The notes under the pieces: model-generated
What the model saw: the letters and a program-made list of their open reading frames with translations, nothing else
Database searches by the model: none
Told to the model about the DNA's origin: nothing
Assembly: GCA_964035545.1 (NCBI GenBank)
Contig: OZ037772.1
Location: 5,336,233 to 5,400,232 of the forward strand
Source of the DNA: Bugula neritina
Taxonomy: Eukaryota > Animalia > Bryozoa
Length of the DNA: 64,000 bases
Reading direction: 5' to 3'
Made by a program: the position numbers and the translations under genes
Shown here: positions 14,380 through 27,899 of the stretch, in pieces
How positions within the stretch are numbered: position 1 is the stretch's first letter
Layout: each line of letters starts with the position of its first letter

Positions 14380-14520
14380 AAACAGGTTACGTTGAAAACC
14401 GGATCAAGTTTAAAATGTTTCTATCAAGTCCCAATTTGTAAGACTGCCCCAGAGACTTGGATACGAATCAATGAGCAGCACGTCAGTCATTTACAAACTG
14501 ATCAGCCAATGAAACAAAAC
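14380..14520. promoter_or_regulatory. Candidate promoter upstream of NTE, possibly shared with the DDAH-like gene
   Basis: CACGTCA (CRE/bZIP-like) at 14479-14485 and AGCCAAT at 14504-14510, ~280-310 bp upstream of the NTE ATG. Motif-only evidence. Confidence 0.3.
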
Positions 14521-16603
14521 TAAATTAGCAAAAAAATGGCTTTAGTTCATGTATTGATCAATAAGTGAAAAAGCCAACATCATTATATCCCTAGAAATGA
14601 AGAAAGCAGGAACATGCATGCAGGTCTTAATCTTAATATAACAGAAAACTTATTTAATACTAATACAACTTTAGGGGTGTTTAGTTCATTACACAGTATG
14701 TAGTTAATCTATACTATGTGTAGTTATAACTATATAGCAGTAATCAAATTGAATTACACCCACGCAGACTTTACTATCAAAATTATAGAAAACTGGTTTA
14801 ATAACAATAGTGACAGTATAAACTTTAAAACTTTCAAGTTTATTACATGGTAATTGCTAATAATAGTAGACCATTCGTAATTAGTAGCTGTAAGTTAAAG
14901 CAATGCTCAAACAGCAATTATTAAAAATTATTAGTAAAACCAAAAACAAATTAAAAAGTTGAACTTTAAAAATTGACTTTTCATTCATATTTCAGCTTTG
15001 AAACTACAAACTAAAATGTATAACCATTTCAAAGTGAATACTTAACTTAAGCCAGAAAAGAGACTGAAAACAATAGTTAAGGCAATAACTTTAACTTATA
15101 ATTTGTTATTTAACTTTGAGTTGCAATCACTGTGTGTTTAAAAGTAGAAAGAAATACACTGTAGCATACAAATATAAGAGTTGGTGTCAATATAAATATG
15201 AGCATAATAATCATACTATGACTATCAGCATGAAAGTGAGAGAACTGTTACCATTGTGATAATCAGTATCACTATAAGATAATAGCTATTAAAATAATAA
15301 TACTTTCAATGAATATTTTACATATTGCATTTGATGAGTAAATTATACTAACGCTAAAATTTATATTGAACCTAATGGTAATGATCATTATCTTATTTAT
15401 ATTGTGTCTGAGCATATCAGTGTGATTATCGCTATTATAGTGACTGTGAGTATGTTAGTGTGTGAGATTTAGGTTGAGAATTGAAAATTTTATACAATCA
15501 CCATTATCATTGCTATGAAACTTATACTTAGTAACACTAACAGTGAATCATAGTATTACAGTAATAGTATTAGTTATGTATAATACAGTAACACTGTAAC
15601 TGCAAATGTAGGCATGATTAATTTAGTCTTAGTCAAACTATGTCCAATTGAGCTTCGAGTAGAGGAAAGTTGACATCAGATTTAATATCTGCAAAGATGA
15701 ACACTTATCACACCAGTTTCTTTTATTAAACAATACAATGCATGAGAATTATCACTTCTGAGTGACAAAAAATCAGTTATCTGCTGAGCCTGATATACTG
15801 CTATACTAATAGTAATACTCACTGCAACACATTAATGATTAAACAAGAACTTAGTAAAACTGAATCAGTGAATGCAAGTTATTCATTATGATTATATAAA
15901 TATTTATACCATAACAATTCTAACTTGATCTATTAAATTAAATTATTAAATTTATTATTCAAATTATACTAATACTCATACATTTACAGTTATAGTAATA
16001 GTTCTACTTATACTAAATTAGTTATCACTCATCACTGCATCAACCATCATGATCATTAATAATCATTATGATTATCAATATCATAGTCATACGATAGCTA
16101 ATGCTATGCTTACAGTTCTACTTGAAGTTATTATCATTATCAAAATCACTCACTAAAAACGAAAACTTAAACTGAAATTATAAATGCATAAACATTGCTA
16201 TTTGCAAATGCAACAACATGATGATAATGATTATCCCTCAGGTCGTAGTTCAAGTTGGTTACTGGTATCTGAGTTGTTACGCAGCTAATCCAAGCTGCAA
16301 AAGCAATTGGCTCGGTTCCGTTTTGTACAAAGTCTAAAATTCGTAGCCCAAGTTTCCATAAATGTTAGGTAGATTTTTTGAGAGGAGTCGTCTTTGGCTT
16401 TCAATAGGGAAAAGCTAGAAATGATCTCAGACTGTTCCTGTGGCATTCTGGATCTCTCTTTGGTTTTGTCGATGTAGTCCATATAATAAGGATTTTAGAT
16501 ATCATTGTTTCCGGGTTGTCTCTCTTTGAAGTAAATACAAGTTTGCTCCAGTTTCTCTTACAATTTCGACTGTTTTAGCAGGCGTTACCTTCCGATCACA
16601 AAT

Positions 16604-19600
16604 ATGTCTCATGTAGACGTTCATAAATTTCATTACGCAGTTGTATCGAAGATACCAGAGTCGTTTGCTCGAAATGCACACATCGTGAACAAAAATATTC
16701 CCATAGATCTGAATTTAGCAACAAGGCAACACGATGAGTACGTGGATGTGCTACGTCGCCTTGGAATTGATATTCTTGAACTACCTCCAGATGAGCGACA
16801 CCCTGAGTGTGTGTTTGTTGCTGACGTTGCAGTAGTGATAAATGGGACTGCACTAATTTGCAAGCCATCTGATAGAAGAATTGGCGAGGTAACAGTGACC
16901 CAGAATGCCATTTGGTTTCGCCTTCGGCAACTAATACTTTATTTTCATTTTTATGAACAGTAACAGTTAGTGTAACAGTAAAACTCACTAAACCTATAGT
17001 GATGTTGATAATCATAATGGATACATTTATTCATTGTAATAATGAGATTTGATACTTCTAGTATTTGTGATTGTACTTCGCTGACAGTGACTGAATGTTC
17101 AGTTTGCTATTTAAAATCAAAATGTATTGTGGTCACACTGACACATCTAATTATATATTGTGATAATTGTTATTAATATCATTTATTATTATATAATGAT
17201 AGATTATAATTATATCAATTGTGATTATAATATTAGGAATAATATATTAATAGGTACTCTAATAGTAATTGTTTGATCCATAGGTTAAAGTTAAATATTT
17301 GCATAGAATTAGTTAATTACACCTTGGCTTAAAATTAGTGATGCTGATACTAGTAGAGCTAGACTAGAGTAAGAGTGATAGTATGAATATTACTATTAGT
17401 ATTACTCTATTAGTCATCATGATAGTCATAGGGATGCTGATAGTGATAGCCTACTGATGTTTATACCATTTCCTTGCCATCAATATTATCATTTATGATT
17501 ATGCTGTATAACTGTAACTATAGAATTTGAATAACCAAGTATGTGATTTTAATAATACACTAAGTAGATAGTTTCCATTTTTTTAATTTTCGTCATTGTG
17601 ATTGCCTTCATTTCTAGTGCATTATAAATAATATGATTGTTCATTTATTATTGAGTTGAAAAACACAATTGTTGCTTTATTTTTCATCATTTATTTATAT
17701 TTGTATATATGTTGTAAAAGTGAAAACTTATTTTAATTTCAATTTGAAATATACTATAGAGGAATGGCTATGATTATATCATAAACAAATGGCCTTATAA
17801 AAATATACTTTATATTTTGTTTTATGTATAATTTTTGAGGTTTTATTTTAGCAAAGTAGTGTCCTTACCTAAACCACCGTAGTTTTATTATGCATATTTT
17901 CTCGATTTAATATAAATAATGATAGTTAATATTAGTTTGGATAAGGGTTATCTAATTCCTCTGGTTTTAAAGCTAATAACTTACTTTCCGTCATTATTCA
18001 TTGCATTCAGTTTTATTCAAATGTGATTAACTAATTGAGCTGCAAATTAAATGGTTAAATGTATAGCTCAGTGGTTTGTTTTAGACATCAATAGTGAGGA
18101 ATTCCCTGAGGAACGACCTCGGGTTGAGAATAGTTGAAGTTGACAATGACCAAGCTAAACTTGAAGGGACTGATGTTCTATTCACTGGTATGGCTGTGAT
18201 TGTTTTTAAATTATTAGCCTAGCAGTTGAAGATTTAATAACACTGCTGGTTATAAACATTAATCATTGATCTCTTCAAAACTTTATTCCTTTCTACTTAG
18301 GAAGTTCTCTTCATTTTATGATCTGTAAAACTTTCATGTCGTTTAACTTTTAATTCAATGGTTGCTAGACTTTTTCAACAAAACATAAGTTTCATGAGTA
18401 GGATTTTTCTTTTTTAGTTTTTTTCTTTTTTAGTTTTGATCAACATAACTTGGCATCTAGTATTTAATTTAATATCTGTTGGGATTTTGACAGGCAAAGA
18501 GATCATTGTTGGCCTCGGCAACTACACAAACAAGGAAGGTGCCCAGTGCGTTGCTAAGGCCTTCCCCGAGTACGCTGTCACCATCGTACGGCTGCCACAG
18601 GAAGTGAGACACCTGCAGCAGGTGATGTCGGTGGCCGGACCCGACGTTATCGTCGTGATCAGAGGAAAGATTGGCCAGGAGTGCCTGCAGGTGTGTTGGC
18701 AGGAAGTATATGCAAATTGTACTTAGAGTTGTCTACCCTTTTCACTTAGGAACCACCTATAGATTTCACCCCAATAGATTTCCATATGTACTTATCTTTC
18801 TGAAATGTGTGATACTAGTTTGAGTTGTGACACGCATTGACACACATTGACACTCATTGACACATGTGGCATGACATGTGACACCTTACTCTTGCTCCTT
18901 GTTGACTCACTCTCACGTAAGAACTAAATAAACAAGGAATAAAGATAAGTAACTAGCATCCATTTTTATGAAGGCAGAAGATGTAAGGCTGAGTGAAGTT
19001 TTTCTATTTCACATTAGATAAATCATTTTTGACCAGCTTAGTAACTCCAATTTTCTAAGAATGTGCTGCCAGCAGATTTGTGCGCTGACTCAACTGTCAT
19101 CCCCACCAACTCGTCATACCTGAATAACTTGTCTGCGACTCACTCAGTTGTTGGTACTAGTGGTTCAAAGGTCACCTTGAGCAATTGCTGGTTATATCTA
19201 GCCCGAGTTTAGTAAAGTTCCGGGTTGACTACTACTTGCCCATCTTCTGCTGTAGGAAATGGTTTCTAGGGCTACTTACGCCTACAAGGTGATGCGGGTG
19301 GACGAGCTAGACGCCGCTAATGTGCTCTATGTTAACGGACTCATTCTACATCTGGACCACAAGGCTATACCCGAGTCATTCCCTGTGAGTGTTTAACTGG
19401 TGAAACCTCTTCAAATTGTCGATCATAATACAACTCTTTCAACTGGCTTTCCTGCAAACTTGTTAAGAGTTGTCTTCCTTCTGTACAGTTGATGGTAGAA
19501 ATTACTTTGAATTACTCATATGTAGTAAAGCAGCTATAAATTAGGAAATGAGTGTATATAAACTTAGTTTATCTACTATTGCTTCAATTAGATGATACAG

Positions 19601-20832
19601 CAAACACCCATACTTATCTCAACTACATATCTTCCTTCCCCTTGTTCAATGATTCATATTGTGGAATGCCTGTCATGTTCTCAGTGAAAATAACTTCTCA
19701 CAACTGGCAGTTGTAGTAGTAGTAGTATTAGTAGCAGTAGTAGTAGTAGTAGTAGTCGTAGTAGTAGCAGTAGTAACAGCAGCAGTAGTAGTAGTAGCAG
19801 TAGTAGTAGCAGTAGTAGTAGCAGTAATAGTAGTAGTAGTAGTATCAGTAGTAGTTGTAGTAGTAGTAATAGTCGTAGTAGTAGCAGTAGTAGCAGCAGC
19901 AGTAGTAGTAGTAGTAGTAGCAGTAGCAGCAGCAGCAGTAGTAATGGTAGTAGCCAGGGTAGGGGTAATTATAATTTGTAATTGTAATTGGTTGTAATTT
20001 ATTAAATTTTTCAAGTAGTTGAATGTCATTTGTAATTGATGTATAAAAATGTAATTGTAAATAATTACATATCTAATGTAATCGATTTTTACGATTACTT
20101 TATAATTACATGTCAATTACTTCAAATTTTTAAATTTTATAAACTTCATGTTTTTTCTACCATGCCTACTGCTAAATAACAAGTTCAGACTAAGTTAGTG
20201 TGGTATAGTATCACTGTTGAGAACAATGAAGGTTCACCGCTATCAAAATTGTCCCTGGTGGTTGGACCCTAGAAGTGAGATTGCATAACTTCCGTCTATC
20301 CCTTGTGAGAACAAAAGTAATTGTAATTGTAATTAATTACATTATTTTTTAACTGTAATTATAATTGTAATTGACAAATTTTCATGTAATTGTAATTAAT
20401 TACATTCACAAGTAATTGACCCCAACCCTGGTAGCAGCAGTATAAATAGTAGTAGTAGTAGCAGTGGTAGTAGTAGCAGTAGTAGTAATAGTTGTAGTAG
20501 CAGCAGCACTAATAGTAGTAGTGGTAGCAGCGCTGTTAGTAGTAGCAGTAGTAGGTTTTACTGCCAGTGGTAGTAATAACCTGGAAAGTGATTGACTTTC
20601 AGTGACTAATCACCTTCATCTTTATGACTTCTTATGCCGGAATTAATATATTTGATACTCTTGTCGTTTTCAGATTTGGGAGGCAAAGTTTGACAATCGT
20701 CTGGGTCTGGACTACTCGGAGCTGCTGAAGGCCGGGTCGTACCTGACGGCCGGCGCCATCTTGATCAGCAAGCCGAGTAACTACAACAAGACGTTCCAGA
20801 CGTCCCTGGAGAAGGGCCACCATGAGCTGTAA
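16604..20832 (+). CDS. DDAH1: Dimethylarginine dimethylaminohydrolase (DDAH)-family protein, 290 aa, catalytic Cys replaced by Ala
   Basis: Exons 16604-16888, 18085-18187, 18494-18690, 19256-19384, 20674-20832, all GT-AG, with an open frame to TAA. Motifs: RQHDEYVDVLRRLG, LPPDERHPECVFVADVAVV, LEGTDVLFTGKEIIVG, RHL, AANVLYVN, SELLKAGSYLTAGAIL. AATAAA at ~21524. Confidence 0.93.
19708..20553. repeat. (GTA/GCA)n trinucleotide tract split by a MITE
   Basis: The tract runs 19708-19954 and resumes at 20431-20553. Confidence 0.9.
19955..20430. mobile_element. hAT-type MITE, copy 1 (DDAH intron 4)
   Basis: TIR CAGGGTAGGGGTAATT / AATTGACCCCAACCCTG; near-TSD GTAGTAGC/GTAGCAGC; GTAATT subterminal repeats; homologous to 32710-33160. 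Confidence 0.85.
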
Positions 20833-22116
20833 ACAGGGGGAGGAGCTAAACTAGTCCTATATCAGTAACCTTTAGGAGACTGCCATTCCAACCACTCAAT
20901 AATCTACTGCTCTGCCTCTCTGGGTACTAGAGAAATCTCACTTAGTAATTGTCTTCTATTCGCTTTTTTAATGGTGGTTGTCCTCTCTTGCATCAAGCTT
21001 ATTGCTGTTGCCGTGGTAACCAGTTCTAATTGACCAAATTCAGTAACCATGGTGATGCAAGGTACATAGACTCGTATTAGTGCTGATTCTTTTATTTGTT
21101 TAGTTTTCGTTTAATGGTTTTCAATATTTTTTCAATAGTATGATATTAAACAATCATGATATAGATCGGGCAGTGTTTATGATGTCATATCCTATGCTGT
21201 GTTGGTAAAACTACCTTCACACTAGTGTTGTAATTCTTTTTCTCCGAGATATTCGTTTGTAATATCTCTGCAGATTCCCATATTTGAATGACCACGTTTT
21301 TAGTGGACTTTATCAACACTCTGCATATATTAGATCAACCATGTATACAATTCTTTGCTGTGCTGTGGTGTGGGCCATACTTATGTTTATATACACTAGG
21401 TCATGTGACTTTCATAGTTTTTTTTCTATTATTATACTCTATTGGCTTCTAGTCTACCTTTTAAAGCATACTTAGTAGTGTAGAGAACATATGTCTGTAG
21501 ATGGCCTGTATCTTATAGTAGGTAATAAAATGTCGGTATATTTTTACATTCTTGTCTTTTCATTCTGAAGCTAAACATCCAAGAGTGGAAGTTGTAATGC
21601 ATTTGGATTGTGATTTTTTTTATGTAATCAACTGTGAGGAAATACATGCAATTTATTGTGAAGTTGCTAAAAGCAATTTAGGGCAAGTTTTCCAGTTAAA
21701 TTGAAGACAGTTTTGCCTTGTTGGGTTAGCTCGTGAACTATTCTTTTCACTTGGGGTTAAATTAAGTTGCTGAGCCAAATTGAGTATATCAAACCGCATT
21801 GATCTCTTCAGACATTATAGCATGGCAACCAGCACACCGTAGTTGTAGAGGTCTGTGTGATGTTGAAGTAGTCATGCAATCATTTCAAGTACTCCATTAT
21901 ACTCAACTTAAAGATTATCAGAGGGTAATAAACTCCTAGAGTGCCTCGCAACAATAGCTTTATTACCTGCAGGATCCTATTAGGTTTATTACATTCATAT
22001 CTGATGCACAACTGACCCCATTGCATCTACTTTATTAGCTTTACAAGTAGCAAATGTCCCTCCTTTATCAGCTGGAATTGCCTCACTGAGGGTGGCTAAA
22101 TTTGTAGGCCGGCATT

Positions 22117-22322
22117 AAACACTGGGTGGTCTTGAAACACTGGGTGGTATTTGTAACACTTGGTGGTCTTTGTAACACTGGGTGGTCTTTGAAACACTGA
22201 GTGGTCTTTGTAACACTGGGTGGTCTTTGTAACACTGGTTAGTCTTTGTAACACTTGGTGGCCTTTGAAACACTTGGTGGTCTTTGTAACACTCGGTAGT
22301 CTGTGAAACACTGGGTGGTCTG
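22117..22322. repeat. ~20-bp minisatellite (GGTGGTCTTTGTAACACTG)
   Basis: ~10 diverged tandem copies. Confidence 0.9.
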
Positions 22323-22669
22323 TGAATTAGGGAGCCATCATCTACAAGGTGGTCGTTATACACACCACTGGGTAACTAATAGCTGTTGTGTAGTCCAAGT
22401 GCCCTTCTATAGCTTCACAGAACTTTCCAGAAGGTAAGTAGTAGCAAGATGGTTGTAACATTTGGACAATACTTTGGAAAATTAGGAAATTTTATGGTGA
22501 TCCAGGAAAATTTATAGATTAGAAATCTTCAAGGTTCATTTATCCATCCTTTACTAACTAATAATATAGTCGAAACTGCATGCTGTATAATTATTTTGAG
22601 CTAGCCAAAATACGTTATCCTTAAATGTTATATTCACTTATGATTGGAGTATATATTACTTCCTATGAC

Positions 22670-22997
22670 AGTATATTACTCATTGTGACAATATAAATGA
22701 CCTTTTGTGGCAATATATTACTCCTTCTGCCAATATATTACACTTGCTGTGACAATATATTACACTTGCTGTGACAATATATTACACTTGCTGTGACAAT
22801 ATATTACACTTGCTGTGACAATATATTACACTTGCTGTGACAATATATTACACTTGCTGTGACAATATATTACACTTGCTGTGACAATATATTACACTTG
22901 CTGTGACAATATATTACACTTGCTGTGACAATATATTACACTTGCTGTGACAATATATTACACTTGCTGTGACAATATAAATTAGTTGCTGTGACAA
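22670..22997. repeat. 22-bp minisatellite (CACTTGCTGTGACAATATATTA)
   Basis: ~11 perfect copies with degenerate flanks. Confidence 0.95.
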
Positions 22998-23183
22998 TGC
23001 ATTACTCCACTTCAGGCTTGCAATGATTAAAGAGACTATACATGTACATCTAATTTGTTGGCTATAAGTTTGCATGGGTATACGTACCTATCTTTGAAAA
23101 GTGTCTGCCCAGAAAAAACTTAGTCTTCATGTATGTCTTCGGAGTTCATCATTGCAAATAGTGCTGCTCAGTTATAAAATATA

Positions 23184-23262
23184 AAATAATTGCCCCCACC
23201 GGGATTCGAGCCACAGACCTCCGGCTTGCAAGCAGGTACGCTAACCCATTACGCTACACATA
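23184..23262 (-). mobile_element. tRNA-Ala(TGC)-like SINE head, family B
   Basis: tagcgtaatgggttagcgtacctgcTTGCAAgccggaggtctgtggctcgaatcccggtgggggc; related copies at 38590-38666 (-) and 44550-44630 (+). Confidence 0.7.
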
Positions 23263-23497
23263 CGCTTCGGAATTCCAAACATTATAATTATTTGACCAAA
23301 ATAGTGAAATGTTTTCTAAGAATAAAGTTCCTAATTCTGTAATAAGTGGATATGCTTTATTCAGTAATAAAATCCTTTAGGACATGTAAAAACTGGTTCA
23401 TTCAAAGAAACACTTTTAAACAATCTTGGGGTCGAATTTCAGCTTCTAATAAATGTGGCAATGTTATAAGTAATTTATATATACGGATATGTTGGCA

Positions 23498-23745
23498 ACG
23501 GTAAAAATGTCACAGGTAATAATGGCACAAATGGCAAAGTAGGTAAAAATGGCACATTTCAATATTGGAGTTTGGGCTTGGAGATTTGGAATGAGGGCTT
23601 TAGGTTTAGGGGTTTGAGTTTGGTATTGGGGTTTAAGGGTTGAGAGTTTGAGGAAATTTAACATCAGTGTGCCATTTGTACCTAATGTTCCATATGTGCC
23701 ATTATATTACCAGTGCCATTTTTACCGGTGCCATTTTTTACCTAA
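23498..23745. repeat. Palindromic dispersed repeat with a telomere-like G-rich core, copy 1
   Basis: AAAAATGGCAC-type repeats on the left, GTGCCATTTT on the right, core of GGGTTT/TTAGGG variants; second copy at ~59452-59745. Confidence 0.7.
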
Positions 23746-24355
23746 AATGGTACAGACATAATTTAGCAATGTCGTCTGCAAGCTACGGTATAAGTTGGCA
23801 ATGCTATAGGTGCATAATTCCTAGACATCACTTGATAATCAGAATTAAGTCTTTTGATCAGTTAATCCACTTGAATGTTCATCCTTGGGGAAATTCTGGC
23901 CTGTGATTGGATGAAATACTTCAGCTATAAGTATGTGTAATCAGGTTTCGGCGCTAAAATGCTCAATATCTCTTGTATCAAGTTCATATAAGTGAGATAG
24001 CTACAAATGTTTCAGTTTCTTAAAAGTTTGGTTTAATTTTGGGAAGTTTACCTGCAACATTGCATAGTAAATTTTCTATTTGGACTATTTATTGACTTGG
24101 TTTGACACGTCATTTGGGCAGCCAACTTCCTTCTGCAACTGATTATAGTCTCTGTAATAGAAGATGTCGGAAGTCGGCTAGATTCTTACATTGCTAAGAG
24201 TTGAGTCTGTTTTTCCTATTCTATGGTTCATGCAGAGCATTGTGGACTTTTTGAGTGAATTTTTGTTTTAAATCTAGCTAACTTGGTTTTTTTTACTTTC
24301 CTTTTTGAAGACAATTTTCACTTTTTTGGCTCTTAAGTAATTAGATTCAGTTTAT

Positions 24356-25655
<1,300 letters not shown>

Positions 25656-27284
25656 CTATATATATATATATATATAAAAGAAAACACATTTCGGAAACCA
25701 CTGTATCCATTTTCAGAGTTATACATTTCAATGTATAAGTAATAAATACTATAATATTTAACATATAATGTGATGTATATATTATACTGTGTGCATGCAT
25801 GCATAAACAAGTGATCAGCTGTTGACACCTGCCAAGTGACAGCTAATATTGGATTAGCAGTGAATGTAAACATATATTCACATCAGCTTATTTAATACTT
25901 AATTACTGCATGGTCCTCTCATTAAGGTTTTAGTCATATTTCAGCTGATCCACAAAGGATTAACCAGTATTTTAAAGAATTAACCTTCTTGGCTTTCACA
26001 GCTGATATTCAGTTATATTTTATTTTTTTCATGCAGTTAGTACTGGTTTGGCATAGGTAAGTATATGTATAACAGTAAAAGTTAACTTTCAGCAGTAGGT
26101 TCAGGGGCGGAGAACTGTTAATAGCTTAAGTTCTTTAATTTTTTCAAAATTTTTCAATCTAGAACGCAGGATATTCCCAGTTTTTCTATTACTATATCTA
26201 CCACAAAGAACTTAAATATTTAAAAAATAAACAGTTTTGTTTCTGATGCAGCTTTAACTAACAGGAAGTAAAACTGCTTCAATTAACAGGAAGTGATGTC
26301 ACAGAGACCGTTACTGGAAACTGTACCAGAAACGGAAGTTCTCTTTCCTGGAAAAAGCCAACTTGGTTTGGAGGATTCGGGTTTCTGGAAATGCGGGAGT
26401 AACGTCAGGGTGGATGATTGCAGTGAGTCATTTTTAACCAGATCTTACTCCTTGCACTTTATTCTTAACTTAGAATCTGCAAAATTAGAGCTACATTCAT
26501 ATATATAAACTACAGTTATTTACATCAAAACATAAGCCTTACATGAACAAATAATTAAACTAGATTCTCTTTCTTTCGTGTTGAACAGAGAAATCCACTT
26601 CTAATATTCAGTATCTAGTTCGTGATTATGCTGACAACTTAGGGGTTTGCATGACATCACTTCCTGTTAGCTAAAGCAGTTCTTGTACATTAGAAACAAA
26701 ATTCTCAGTTTTTTTGTTTGATTTGTAAATTCTACCCAAGTGAAATTGAAAAAGGCGCAAATGTAATTGAAATTAGCTTGTATCTTTTTATAAGAATTTC
26801 AACCCCGCACCCCAAACTAAAATTTGCTAACAAAATTGAAGAGCTCAGGTTACATGTACTGCCTTTGAATGCACTGAGGCTTTTTCTACTAGTTTAGTTT
26901 AGGTTTCAATAAACTTGCATCTCCAACTTTCACTCCGACATATAAGTATAATGGTGAGGTACATTCATTTGTTGTCAGCTATAGAAACTATTATTGCAGC
27001 CAGTAGACTTTTCCTACCTATAAATTATGGATATTGCGAAATAAATACTTTAATAAATAATTGTGCAATACTTTAAGCTATATAATATATTTGTTTTATA
27101 ATTGAAAGTTTAGTCTTTTTATTTAAAAATATAAGCCTTGTTTTATAACAAGTTTTATTGTAAAACTTTTAGCTATATTCAAATTTTTTTTTTAGATTTT
27201 GTATAAATTCCATGATTGTGCTACAAAACTGTAAGCTAAAATTGTTAACTGTAATACCCCAATATAGGTCAAGCAGCTAATGCA

Positions 27285-27832
27285 ATGCTATTTGAGAGAC
27301 TCCTCAGCTGTATGATGGAACTTGAAAAGTCAAAAGAGAAAATTAAATATCTGGAGGAGACGAAAGACAGAGAGAGGAAATACATAGTATCGAAGCTCTT
27401 ATATCTAGAAGGTGATAGTGGCGGTTGAGTCACCCCATCTTATCTAGTGTACAGCAAGTCTGGTAACATCTGCTTTATGTAGACTAATTGTATGTTTATT
27501 GAGTTTGATATTTTGACTTTTAGATAAAAAAATTATTATGTTTATAAATTAAGAGTGTTTACAAAAATTAGGGTATGGTTGAAAACACTTGTTTTAAATG
27601 CTTATATAACATTTTGTTTGATAAACAAATATATAACTATTAAATGCATTTTTACTGATAAGGATATTTTTGCAGATGAGAAATATTTGCCTAAGTAATA
27701 CTATATATTTATATTACTTTCCTTGCTTTATATATGTTGCTCTACTTATAGTATATTATTCTACTATAGAATTGTGTAGATGTTAGTTTACTCATGATAC
27801 ATGTATTATATATGTATTATTTTTATTATAAT

Positions 27833-27899
<67 letters not shown>

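Noticed and set aside
16596-17015. Antisense ORFs over DDAH exon 1 (and similar ORFs over NTE and lectin exons)
   Set aside because: Shadow frames of real coding exons with no independent motifs.
19659-20116. Poly-Val and poly-Thr ORFs (mucin- or TM-like)
   Set aside because: Intronic (GTA)n tract plus a MITE inside DDAH intron 4.
10387-22997. Regular 17-22 bp arrays as possible CRISPR arrays
   Set aside because: Head-to-tail repeats with no unique spacers, in eukaryotic DNA with no cas genes.
23184-23262. Genuine tRNA genes at the tRNA-like sequences
   Set aside because: Stems do not pair properly and the copies are divergent and dispersed; SINE heads are more likely. tRNAscan-SE would settle it.
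26236-26700. Inverted repeat AACAGGAAGTGATGTCA / TGACATCACTTCCTGTT as a MITE
   Set aside because: The inverted match is real, but termini and TSD could not be defined and there is no second copy here.
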